This document shows positions 25,873 to 37,270 of a stretch of 64,000 bases of DNA, piece after piece (positions within the stretch are counted from its first letter, which is position 1; each line of letters begins with the position of its first letter). The position numbers and the translations under genes were made by a program. The DNA comes from Scyliorhinus canicula (Eukaryota). Location: assembly GCF_902713615.1 (NCBI RefSeq), contig NC_052175.1, forward strand, positions 14,921,271 to 14,985,270, given 5' to 3'. Below the pieces are notes generated by a model. That model was not told the origin of the DNA, searched no databases, and saw nothing but the letters and a program-made list of their open reading frames with translations.

Positions 25873-26367
25873 CCACCGTGGTCTCCTACACCATTGGGTG
25901 GTGTTTTTTGCACAGGGGCTCTGGTAGGAGATGAGTATGTTTGATCCGAGTTGCTGAGCACAAGTCAGAGATCAGGCTGCATTTGTTTTTCTTTCAGGGG
26001 ACGTGGGCGTTGACGGGCAAGGCCAGCATCTGTTGCCCATCCCGAGTTGCCCTTGAACTGAGTGGCTCGTCCGGCCATTTCACAGGGCGGTTAAGAGTCA
26101 CCCACATTGCTGTGGATCTGGAGTCACAGCTGGGTGACCAGACCGATGGGTCCATGGTCACCATCACCGGGACCACATTAGCCTGAACCTCCGGCCCAGG
26201 GACATTACCACAACGCTACCATCTCCCCGTGATCCATGGAGCAGCAGTAACGAAACACAGACAATGGCACAGGACATTAAAACATAGTGCATACTTGGTG
26301 CGACCGGGTATCCTACACCTTCCAACTTGACTTGGGGGCCTGGATGGATACAGGCATGCAACAGTGT

Positions 26368-26760
26368 GGGCGGCACGGTAGCACAGTGCTTAACACTGTC
26401 GCTTCACAGCTCCAGGGTCCCAGGTTCGATTCCCGGCTTGGGTCACTGTCTGTGCGGAATCTGCACGTTCTCCCCGTGTCTGCGTGGGTTTCCTCCGGAT
26501 TCCTCCCACAGTCCAAAGGTGTGCAGGTTAGGTGGATTGGCCGTGCTAAATTGCCTATAAGTGTCAAAAAACGTCGGACTTAGTGGGTTGCGGCGGACAG
26601 GGTGGAGGTGTGGGCTTAAGTAGGGTGCTCTTTCCATGCGCCCGGTCACACCAAGGATGCACCATGTTTTAATGTCCTGTGCCATTGTAGGGTGCTCTTT
26701 CCAAGGGCTGGTGCTGACTCGATGGGCCGAATGGCCACCTTCTGCACTGTAACTTCTATG
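26368..26760 (+). mobile_element. V-SINE with an internal insertion/duplication in the tail
   Basis: TAGGGTGCTCTTTCCA occurs twice (26621 and 26688), flanking ~50 nt of foreign sequence. Confidence 0.75.
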
Positions 26761-27827
26761 AAACAAGAGGGACAATCCAGGTCACCCTGGGAGCATTCAT
26801 CGCGTTGAGATGGTCAAGTTTCAGCTCTACAATAAGAGTTTGCAGTTATATCGTGCCCTCAATTTAATGCAAGCACTAATTAATAGGTGCGTGGGGGAAA
26901 AGAGATGATACCGACTCTTCAGTCAAACGTGGTATTGGTGACCAGCAGGGGAAGGTTAGGGCACAGGGGTGGTAGGAATACAGGACCTTAAAGGAGGAAA
27001 CAATTGCATTGAAAGAATCAGCTCTGTCCCGAACACCATGGAGATTTAAAGAATTGATGAAACTTTATCCTGTGCCTTCGCCCCTGTTGTGATTTTAAAT
27101 GAATGTTAAATTTTCACAAAACTCCACACACACACATTGATGCTGCATATCTTTTAAAAAATAAAGAAGGGTCAGAAAGACAAGCCCCAATCTTCGAGGG
27201 TCCAACAATCAAAGCTTAACGATACTTTTTTAAAATAAGGGTAAGTGAAAGGACTGAGGAATTCACCCCCTCCCAATCCGGTCAAAACGACTCCAAACTT
27301 CACATCCCGTTACAATTCAGCAACTCAACAACACGGCGCAGTCATTTAAGTTCACATCCAACATTGTGATGCACAAAACAGGCCCTTCACGCAGTAACTG
27401 GGGGGCAGGGGTGCGTGTGGAGGAAAACAAAAGATTTTTCAGTGCTGTGAGTGAGGATTTAGTGAAACGATGGGGTGGAAGAAAGAGGGAAATTCAAAAG
27501 AAAAGAAGGGGGGAGGGAGAATGATCTCTCCACCCTTTATGGCTTTCCTTTAAACAAACTGAAAAGACACACCAATAAATGGTCCCAAATCCTCAATCCC
27601 ACTCCAGCAAGGGAACGAATAGGTTAACTTCAAAACATAGATAACAAAGGTTGGGGAAACGCGGACGAAAAGCCCAAACTCATGTTAAAAACAAACAGGC
27701 GTTTTACAGAAAGAGAGCGAATGCTAGGTGGCGGGTTGGAGGGAAATTATTTAACAAGCTGATTATTTACATCCTGGAGCAGGATGGTGGGAGCCGGCGG
27801 GAGTTTCTGGCTGGGATGATCGGGGGT

Positions 27828-29715
27828 GAACTCCTGCTGGGAATATCGGGGACTCCTGCTGGGAAGATTGGGGGGGGGGGGGGGGGGGGGGGCTCCTGCT
27901 GGGAAGATTGGGGGGGGGGGCTCATGCTGGGAAGATCGGATGGGGGGTGGGACTCCTGCTGGGAAGATCGGGGGGGACTCCTGCTGGGAAGATCGGTGGG
28001 GGGGGGGGGAGAGAAGAAGACTCCTGCTGGGAAGATCGGGGGGGGGGGGGGAGAGAAAGAGAAGACACCTGCTGGGAAGATCGGGGGGGGGGGGGAGGGG
28101 GGGGGGGGGAAGAGAAGACTCCTGCTGGGAAGATCGAGGGGGGGGGACACGACTCCTGCTTGGAAGATCGGGGGGGGGGGGGGGGGGAAGAGAACGACTC
28201 CTGCTGGGATGGGGGGGGGGGGGAGAAGACTCCTGCTGGGAAGATTGGGGGGGGGGGGGGAGAAGGGAGACTCCTGCTGGGAAGATCGGGTGGGGGACTC
28301 CTGCTGGGAAGATCGGGGGGGGGGGGGGGGGGGGGGGGAAGACTTCTGCTGGGAAGATCGGGGGGGGGGGACTCCTGCTGGGAAGATCGGGGGGGGGGGA
28401 CTCCTGCTGGGAAGGGGGGGGGAACTCCCGCTGGGAAGGGGGGGGGGGGAACTCCCGCTGGGAAGGGGGGGGGAACTCCTGCTGGGAAGGGGGGGGGGAA
28501 CTCCTGCTGGGAAGGGGGGGGGAACTCCTGCTGGGAAGGGGGGGGAACTCCTGCTGGGAAGGGGGGGGAAACTCCTGCTGGGAAGGGGGGGGGAACTCCT
28601 GCTGGGAAGGGGGGGGGAACTCCTGCTGGGAAGGGGGGGGAACTCCTGCTGGGAAGGGGGGGGAACTCCTGCTGGGAAGGGGGGGGAACTCCTGCTGGGA
28701 AGGGGGGGGAACTCCTGCTGGGAAGGGGGGGGAACTCCTGCTGGGAAGGGGGGGAACTCCTGCTGGGAAGGGGGGGAACTCCTGCTGGGAAGGGGGGGGA
28801 ACTCCTGCTGGGAAGGGGGGGAACTCCTGCTGGGAAGGGGGGGGAACTCCTGCTGGGAAGGGGGGGAACTCCTGCTGGGAAGGGGGGGGAACTCCTGCTG
28901 GGAAGGGGGGGGAACTCCTGCTGGGAAGGGGGGGGGAACTCCTGCTGGGAAGGGGGGGGGAACTCCTGCTGGGAAGGGGGGGGAACTCCTGCTGGGAAGG
29001 GGGGGGAACTCCTGCTGGGAAGGGGGGGGGAACTCCTGCTGGGAAGGGGGGGGGAACTCCTGCTGGGAAGGGGGGGAACTCCTGCTGGGAAGGGGGGGAA
29101 CTCCTGCTGGGAAGGGGGGGAACTCCTGCTGGGAAGGGGGGGAACTCCTACTGGGAAGGGGGGGGGGGGAGAGACTCCTGCTGGGAAGAGGGGAGGGCTC
29201 CTGCTGGGAAGAGGGGGGGCTCCTGCTGGGAAGGGGGGAACTCCTGCTGGGAAGGGGGGGAAACTTCCTGCTGGGAAGGGGGGGAACTCCTGCTGGGAAG
29301 GGGGGGAACTCCATGCTGGAAGGGGGGGAACTCCTGCTGGGAAGGGGGGGGGAAGAGACTCCTGCTGGGAAGAGGGGAGGGCTCCTGCTGGGAAGAGGGG
29401 GGGCTCCTGCTGGGAAGAGGGGGGGCTCCTGCGGGAAGAGGGGGGGGGCTCCTGCTGGGAAGAGGGGGGGCTCCTGCTGGGACGAGGGGGGGGCTCCTGC
29501 TGGGAAGAGGGGGGGGCTCCTGCTGGGAAGAGGGGGGGGCTCCTGCTGGAAGAGGGGGGGGCTCCTGCTGGGAAGAGGGGGGGGCTCCTGCTGGGAAGAG
29601 GGGGGGGCTCCTGCTGGGAAGAGGGGGGGGGCTCCTGCTGGGAAGAGGGGGGCTCCTGCTGGGAAGAGGGGGGGGGCTCCTGCTGGGAAGAGGGGGGGGG
29701 GCTCCTGCTGGGAGG
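27828..29715. repeat. ~21-bp G-rich minisatellite (GGGGGGAACTCCTGCTGGGAA)n in ANP32E intron 1
   Basis: CTCCTGCTGGGAAG core with variable G-tracts; three internal variant domains. Confidence 0.95.
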
Positions 29716-29754
29716 GGGAGGGGCTGGATGACCATCCCGGCTGACAGGCGGCAG

Positions 29755-30123
29755 CCCGGGTCAGGGGGCCCGGGTCAGGGGGCCCGGGTCAGGGGGCCCG
29801 GGTCAGGGGGCCCGGGTCAGGGGGCCCGGGTCAGGGGGCCCGGGTCAGGGGGCCCGGGTCAGGGGGCCCGGGTCAGGGGGCCCGGGTCAGGGGGCCCGGG
29901 TCAGGGGGCCCGGGTCAGGGGGCCCGGGCTAGGCCGGGGTCAGGGGGCCCGGGTCAGGCGGCCCGGGTCAGGGGGCCCGGGCTAGGCCGGGGTCAGGGGG
30001 CCCGGGCTAGGCCGGGGTCAGGGGGCCCGGGTCAGGGGGCCCGGGTCAGGGGGCCCGGGCTAGGCCGGGGTCAGGGGGCCCGGGTCAGGGGGCCCGGGTC
30101 AGGGGGCCCAGGCTAGGCCGGGG
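29755..30123. repeat. 14-bp GC-rich tandem repeat (TCAGGGGGCCCGGG)n abutting the exon-1 donor
   Basis: Period 14 (29761, 29775); GGCTAGGCC variants toward the right end. Confidence 0.95.
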
Positions 30124-30132
30124 TCTCTGTAC

Positions 30133-30186
30133 CTCTCCCGGGCTCCGGTTCCTCAGCTCCAGGATGATCCGTTTCTTCATCTCCAT
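30133..30186 (-). CDS. ANP32E: ANP32E-like exon 1 (start codon)
   Basis: aaaATG; MEMKKRIILELRNRSPGE|gtacag; 54 nt, phase 0; canonical ANP32 N-terminus; joins exon 2 in frame. Confidence 0.95.
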
Positions 30187-30199
30187 TTTCTTTCCTCAG

Positions 30200-30830
30200 C
30201 TGGGGAATATATTTATACAGACGGCAGTAAGGCGGCCTCTCTGCTCCCCACACGCGGGCTCCGGCCAAGGACAAACAGCCTCTCTCCCCGCGCCCGCCCG
30301 CAGCTACTCAGCCGCCATTAGCCGCTCGGCCCGCTGCCTGATCCCGCCCCCCCCGGCGCCCGCCCATTGGCCGCCCCGACACCCCCGGCCGCCGCCCATT
30401 GGCCGCCGCCCACGTCCATCACCGGGCCCGCCTTTAATTCCTGGCCGCTACTGGTCGGCCGCCGCGTCCATCAGCCGGCGGGGGGCGGGACGCGACCGCT
30501 GGTTGGTCCGCAGCCTGGCCCCGCCTCCGAAGCCACGGCCTCGCCTCCTCGCGTCGTGGCTCCTCCCCCTCTTGCGTCAAGGCCCCCCCCCTCCTCGCCG
30601 GAACCCGCCCCCTCCCCTCTCCCCCATTGGTCGCCCGGCGGAAAGGGCGACGCCCCATTGGCCCGCTCGCGCCAGACCCTCAATCTCCCGCCCCCCCCCC
30701 CCCCGCGCAGAGGACCCGAATCCGATTGGTTGATATTGGCGGCGGGGACAGTATGTCGAGGTCCGATTGGTCGATGGGTACGTCAATCAAAAGCAACCCC
30801 GTCGTCGATGGGGGGGGGTGGGCGTATTGA
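30200..30830 (-). promoter_or_regulatory. CpG-island promoter of the ANP32E-like gene: multiple CCAAT boxes, GC boxes, YY1-like and E2F-like motifs
   Basis: ATTGG at ~30366, 30398, 30626, 30657, 30725, 30735 and 30766; GCCGCCATT at ~30311; GGCGGGA at ~30484; very high CpG content. Confidence 0.85.
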
Positions 30831-31104
30831 GGAATAGCCCCTGGGAGGGGGGGTGGGCGGATTGAGGAATAGCCCCTGGGAGGGGGGGTGGGCGGATTGA
30901 GGAATAGCCCCTGGGAGGGGGGGTGGGCGGATTGAGGAATAGCCCCTGGGAGGGGGGGTGGGCGGATTGAGGAATAGCCCCTGGGAGGGGGGGGTGGGCG
31001 GATTGAGGAATAGCCCCTGGGAAGGGGGGGTGGGCGGATTGAGGAATAGCCCCTGGGAGGGGGGGTGGGCGTATTGAGGAATAGCCCCTGGGAGGGGGGG
31101 TGGG
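30809..31104. repeat. 35-bp tandem repeat (GGGAGGGGGGGTGGGCGGATTGAGGAATAGCCCCT)n, ~8 copies
   Basis: Period 35 (ATTGA at 30826, 30861, 30896). Confidence 0.95.
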
Positions 31105-31220
31105 CGTTTCGTCCGGGCCGCGTTTCGTCCGGGCCGCGTTTCGTCCGGGCCGCGTTTCGTCCTGGCCGCGTTTCGTCCGGGCCGCGTTTCGTCCTGGCCG
31201 CGTTCCGTCCGGGCCGCGTT
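31105..31220. repeat. 16-bp CpG-rich tandem repeat (CGTTTCGTCCGGGCCG)n, ~7 copies
   Basis: Period 16 (31105, 31121). Confidence 0.93.
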
Positions 31221-31461
31221 TATTAGTCGGAATTGGGCCACTCGGCCCATCGAGTCTGCCCCGCCATTCAATCATGGCTGATATTTTTCTCATCCCCATT
31301 CTCCTGCCTTAACCCCTGACCCCCCCTCATTGATCAAGAGGCACCCCCGAGTCCTCAGCCCTATGAGGAACGGGCCCCGGGGACAGTCACCGACAGCGAG
31401 GTGGGGCTGCGTCACGGAGGGGAGGGTGCACTGCCCCTTCGCCCGGTGACCTGAGATAATA

Positions 31462-31789
31462 TGTTATATCCCAACAACGTCGCCAATACTGTGGGTACTT
31501 CTATTGATCTCGGTGAACCACAAGTCTTTCCCTTATATCGATGGCCACACAACTGGTTGGTCAGTTCAAAAGATGGTTTATTCACACACAAGGATTACTT
31601 CGACACGCAAACACAATATCTAATAGGAGTTAAACTACACCTATCAGCTGCAATAGCCTATACTTAACTTCAGGGCCACCGGCACTGTGCAGATGGATAA
31701 GGCCTTTATCTTGATCTCACGCGGCTGGTTTGAAGAAGTGTCTGTCTGTTGCAGAACTTGGCTGTCTGGTCGTTATGCTGCAGTTGACA
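31462..31789 (-). mobile_element. probable LTR fragment
   Basis: Starts with TG; tttatt (reverse AATAAA) at ~31577; LTR-like composition; other end obscured by a SINE tail. Confidence 0.4.
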
Positions 31790-32461
31790 AATAAAAATGA
31801 AAATCGCTTATTGTCACGAGTAGGCTTCAAAATGAAGTGACTGTGAAAAGCCCCTAGTCGCCATATTCCGGACAATGGAACTTGGTACTCATCTCCTCTC
31901 CCGCTATTCGCCCGGCGTACCCGGATCCGTGCCGGGCACAATGTGGTCGCTGAATCGCGCCCAATAAATATGGAGAGTGCGGAGAGGACGTCAATGTTCA
32001 CCACCTGCGCTCGTTTGAACTTCGAGATTGAAACTGCCCCAGGTTCATAGAATAGAATTTACAGTGCAGAAGGAGGCCATTCGGCCCATCGAGTCTGCAC
32101 CGGCTCTTGGAAAGGGCGCCCCACTTAAGCCCACACCCCCACCCTATCCCCGTAACCCAGTAACCCCACTTAACCTTTTTGGACACTAAGGGTAATTTAT
32201 CATGGCCAATCCACCCTAACCTGCACATCTTTGGACTGTGGGAGGAACCCGGAGCACCCGGAGGAAACCCACGCAGCCACGGGGAGGACGTGCAGACTCC
32301 GCACAGACAGTGACCCAGAGCCAGAATCGAACCTGGGACCCTGGAGCTGTGAAGCAACTGTGCTAACCATTGTGTTACCGTGCTGCCCACAGGTGGAGGG
32401 GTTCCACACTGTGCCTGTGCCGAGTTTGTCGATTTCATTCCAGGTTGAGAATAAGGATGCC

Positions 32462-34020
32462 ATAAGATATAGGAGCAGAATTAGGCCACTCGGCCCATCG
32501 AGTCTGCTCCGCCATTCAATCATGGCTAATATTTTCCCATCCCCATTCTCCTGCCTTCTCCCCTACCCCTGATCCCCTTATTAATCAAGAACCTCTCTAT
32601 CTCTGTCTTAAAGACACTCAGTGATTTGGCCTCCACAGCCTTCTGCAGCAAAGAGTTCCACAGATTCACCAGCCTCTGGCTGAAGAAATTCCTCCTCATC
32701 TGTTTCAAAGGATCGGTCCCTTCAGTCTGAGATGGTGTCCTCTGTTTCTAGTGTTTCCTACAAGTGGAAACATCCTCTCCACGTCCACTCTATCCAGGCC
32801 TCGCAGTATCCTGTAAGTTTCAATAAGATCCCCCCTCATCCTTCTAAACTCCAGCGAGTACAGACCCAGAGTCCTCAAACTGGTTTAGGGGGTGGTTTAG
32901 CACACTGGGATAAATCGCTGGCTTTCAAAGCAGACCAATGCAGGCCAGCAGCACGGTTCAATTCCCGTACCAGCCTCTTCGAACAGGCGCCAGAATGTGG
33001 TGACTAGGGGCTTTTCACAGTAACTGCATTTGAAATGCAGGGGCAGCACGGTAGCATGGTGGTTAGCACAATTGCTTCACAGCTCCAGGGTCCCAGGTTC
33101 CATTCCCGGCTGGGTCACTGTCTGTGTGGAGTCTGCACGTCCTCCCCGTGTGTGCGTGGGTTTCCTCCGGGTGCTCCGGTTTCCTCCCACAGTCCAAAGA
33201 TGTGCGGGTTAGGTAGATTGGCCATGCTAAATTGCCCGTAGTGTCCTAAAAAGTAAGGTTAAGGGAGGGGTTGTTGGGTTACGGGTATAGGGTGGATACG
33301 TGGGGTTGAGTAGGGTGATCATTGCTAGGCACAACATCGAGGGCCGAAGGGCCTGTTCTGTGCTGTACTGTTCTATGTTCTATGTTCTACTTGTGACAAT
33401 AAGCGATTTTAATTTCATTTTCTTCATTTTTCAAACATTCTTCACACGACAAGTTCTTCATTCCAGGGATCATTCTTGTGAACCTCCTCTGGACCCTTTC
33501 CAAGGCCCAGCACATCCTTCCTTAGATACGGGGCCCAAACTGCTCGCAATACTCTAAATTGGGTCTGACCAGAGCCTTATGCAGCCTCAGAAGTACATCC
33601 CTGGACTTGTATTCTAGCCCTTTCGACATGAATGCTCACATTGCATTTGCCTTCCTAACTGCCGACTGAACCTGCACGTTAACCTTAAGAGAATCGTGAA
33701 CACGGACTCCCAAGTCCCTTTGTGCTTCTGCTTTCCGAAGCCTTTTCCCCATTTAGAAAATAGTCCATGCCTAGATTCCTCCTTCCAAAGTGCATAACCT
33801 CACACATTTCCACATTGTATTCCATCTGCCACTTCATTGCCCACTCTCCTAACTTGTCCAAATCCTTCTGCAGCCCGCCTTGCTTCCTCAATGCTACCTG
33901 TCCCACTACAGATCTTTGTATCATCTGCAAACTTAGCAACAGTGCCTTCAGTACCTTCTTCCAGATCATTAATGTATATTGGGAAAAGTTGTGGTCCCAG
34001 CACCGACCCCTGAGGGACAC
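32462..34020 (-). mobile_element. CR1-clade LINE 3' fragment, interrupted by nested SINEs (32889-33420)
   Basis: [29 protein letters not shown] and RNFFSQRLVNLWNSL on the minus strand. Confidence 0.88.
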
Positions 34021-36670
34021 CAGTGGATTAGGAAGGCCAAATTGTTGCCCTGCCTTCCCTCTGTAACCTCCTTCACCCCCTCCTTCCCCCCCCCGGATCC
34101 ACAATCTGCTCCCCCCCCCCCGTGCCCACCCCACTTTCTCTGACCCGCCGCTGGGCGTGCCAGCGCATTTAATTCTCCCCAAATTGACCGCCCTTTATAA
34201 ATCTGGAGTTGTTGTCGGTCTCTGGAACTGCGTATTTAATGAGACACCGAATCTATGCTGAATCTTATCGTTCACAGGCAGTGCGAGAACCTTCCATGCC
34301 AAGGAAATCATTGCCCACTAGGAGGAGCTGTCGCTCTATCCAAGATCCAATTGCAACACTGAAATTATCCGGCATTGACTGACTTTTTTTGAGAGTCACA
34401 GTAATCGGTGATCTTTCTCGTCCTGTGCCCCCTTCTCCCAGTTCGAGAATTATTTTCAGCTCCTGGCTGCAGTGCGAGGCCTTATTTTTAAACTCCCCAT
34501 AGCCCGCCCCCCAGATTTACATTCAGATTGTTTCTGTCATGTCGGTGGCACAGTGGGTTAGCACTGCTGCCTCACGGCGCCGAGGTCCCAGGTTCGATCC
34601 CGGCCCTGGGTCACTGTCCGTGTGGAGTTTGCACATTCTCCCCGTGTCTGCGTGGGTTTCGCCCCCACAACCCAAAGATGTGCAGGGTAGGTAGATTGGC
34701 CACGCTAAATTGCCACTTAATTGGAAAAAAATTATTGGGTACTCTAAATTTTAAAATAAATGTTGGTACCGATGCCATTTCTACAACTATTTCCTAATAT
34801 TTAGAATAATAGTAATCTTTATTAGTGTCACAAGTAGGCTGACATTAACACTGCGATGAAGTTACTGTGAAAAGCCCCTAGTCGCCACACTCCGGCGCCT
34901 GTTCGGGTACACAGAGGGAGAATTCAGAATGTCCGATTCACCTAACAGCACGTCTTTCGGGGCCTGTGGGAGGAAACCGGAGCACCCGGAGGAAACCCAC
35001 GCAGACACGGGGAGGACGTGCAGACTCCGCACAGACAGTGACCCAAGCCGGGAATCGAACCCGGGTCCCTGGCGCTGTGAAGCAACAGTGCTAACCACTG
35101 GGGCTACAGCAACTTAACCTTTCACAACCTCAGGATGCTCCAAGGTGCTTTACGGCCACTTTTGTGATATAGGAAACGAGGCCGTATATTTGCACAAAGC
35201 AGGACCATGTGCTGCGTCATGGTGACCAGGTGTCTGCTTTTGTGATCTTACGTAGGGGAGAAATATGTACTGGGCCAGGACACTGGGCAGAAATCCCTGC
35301 TGCCTTCCACATTAGTGGGGAGGGAGTCTTTTTCTTAATTTACAGTACCCAATTCATTTTTATTTTCCAATTTAGCCTGGCCAATCCACCTACCCCGCAC
35401 ATCTTTGGGTTGTGGGGGCGAGACCCACGCAGACACGGGGAGAATGTGCAAACTCCACACGGACAGGTGACCCAGAGCCGGGATCGAACCTGGGACCTCA
35501 GCGCCGTGAGGCAGCAGTGCTAACCCACTGCCGCCTGTGGCCAGGGAATCTCGCTTTGACTAATCATTCACAATACGGCAGCTCTGACTGTGCAGCCCTC
35601 GAGTGCGACATCAGAGGTTGCTGCTGAAGGTTGCGTGGGGCGGGGTGCAGGATATTAGGAAGGATTGGTGAAAAGTGAAAATTGCTTATTGTCACGAGTA
35701 GGCTTCAATGAAGTTACTGTGAAAAGCCCCTAGTCGCCACATTCCGGCGCCTGTCCGGGGAGGCTGATACGGGAATTGAACCGTGCTGCTGGCCTGCTTG
35801 GTCTGCTTTAAAAGGCAGTGATTTAGCTGAGTGAGCTAAACCAGCCCCTGAGATAACAGGAAGCAGAGAGCAGGGATAAATGGGTCTTTTCCGAATTGGC
35901 AAACTGGAGCTGGTGGGAGTGACACAGGGAGGAGACAGAAAGTCTACAACGGGATTCGGACAGGTTAATTGGGTGGGCAAAAGTTTAGCAGATGGAGTAT
36001 AACGTGGGAAATTGTCAACTTGTCCAGTTTGGTCGGAAGTATACGAAGAAGAGAAGGCCATTTAAAATGGAGAGAGATTGAAGATGGGCGAGGTACAGGA
36101 GTGTTGGGGAAAGACATCACACAGTACGCCCGCCCAGGAAGGGACTGGGAAATATTGCCGTTTCATTGCCAGGAGAATGGATTTCACTTCCCCGGAGACC
36201 GTGGAGGCTGGTTGTGGGGTTGCTGTCAGTATGACTGACAGCGTGACGTTCCCTCAGGATCTCGTTGGAGTGTGGGGCCAGGCTCGGCCCACAGGCCCTC
36301 CCTGTGTCACTCCCACCAGCTCCAGTTTGCCAATCCGGAAAAGACCCATTTATCCCCGCTCTCTGCTTCCTGTTATCTCACCAATCCTTCCTAATATCCT
36401 GTACCCCGCCCACTGCCCGGGACGTGAACCCACAACCTCTGGACTCCGAGGAGAGATTACGACCAACTGAGTCACTGCAAATAAGAAGCACTTGAGGGTT
36501 CTCCACACACACACACACGTCGAAGGAGATTGATGCTCATTTCTGGAAGGGAGAGTTTTAAATGGAAGCTTTTCCAGAGAGAGCGAGGGAATCTTAGGCT
36601 TCACTCCATGCTTGTGATGGTTATTCGATTTCAGTACACAGGAGATCGACACAACCTTGTTCCTGCCCAT

Positions 36671-37270
36671 GGGCGACACGGTGGGTTAGCACTGTTGCTT
36701 CACCGTTCCAGGGTCCCGGGTTCGATTCCCGGCTTGGGTCACTGTCTGTGCGGAGTCTGCACATCCTCCCCATGTCTTTTTAGAATTAGAATTAGAACAG
36801 TACAGCACAGAACAGGCCCTTCGGCCCTCGATGTTGTGCCGAGCAATGATCACCCTACTCAAGCCCACGTATCCACCCTATACCCGTAACCCAACAACCC
36901 CCATTAACCTTATTCTTTTAGGACACTAAGGGCAATTTAGCCTGGCCAATCCACCTAACCCGCACACCTTTGGACTGTGGGAGGAAACCGGAGCACCCGG
37001 AGGAAACCCACGCACACACGGGGAGGACGTGCAGACTCCACACAGACAGTGACCCAGCCGGGAATCGAACCTGGGATCCTGGAGCTGTGAAGCATTTATG
37101 CTATCCACCATGCTACCGTGTCTGCGTGGGTTTCCTCCGGGTGCTCTGGTTTCCTCCCACAGTCCAAAGACGTGCTGTTAGGTGGATTGGCCGTGCTAAA
37201 TTGCCCCTTAGTGTCCAAAAAGGTTAGGAGGGGTTACTGGGTTACGGGGATAGGGTGGAGGTATGGGCTT
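36671..37270 (+). mobile_element. V-SINE (+) with an oppositely oriented V-SINE (36781-37117) nested in its V domain
   Basis: Host breaks at ...CCCCATGTCT and resumes at GTGTCTGCGTGGG. Confidence 0.8.

Noticed and set aside
27651-29985. 500-720 aa Gly-rich and Pro-rich ORFs
   Set aside because: Translations of G-rich arrays in ANP32E intron 1; the frame shifts with G-tract length.
30164-30837. 189-aa and 156-aa Pro/Arg-rich + strand ORFs
   Set aside because: Stop-poor CpG-island sequence antisense to ANP32E exon 1; no recognisable homology.
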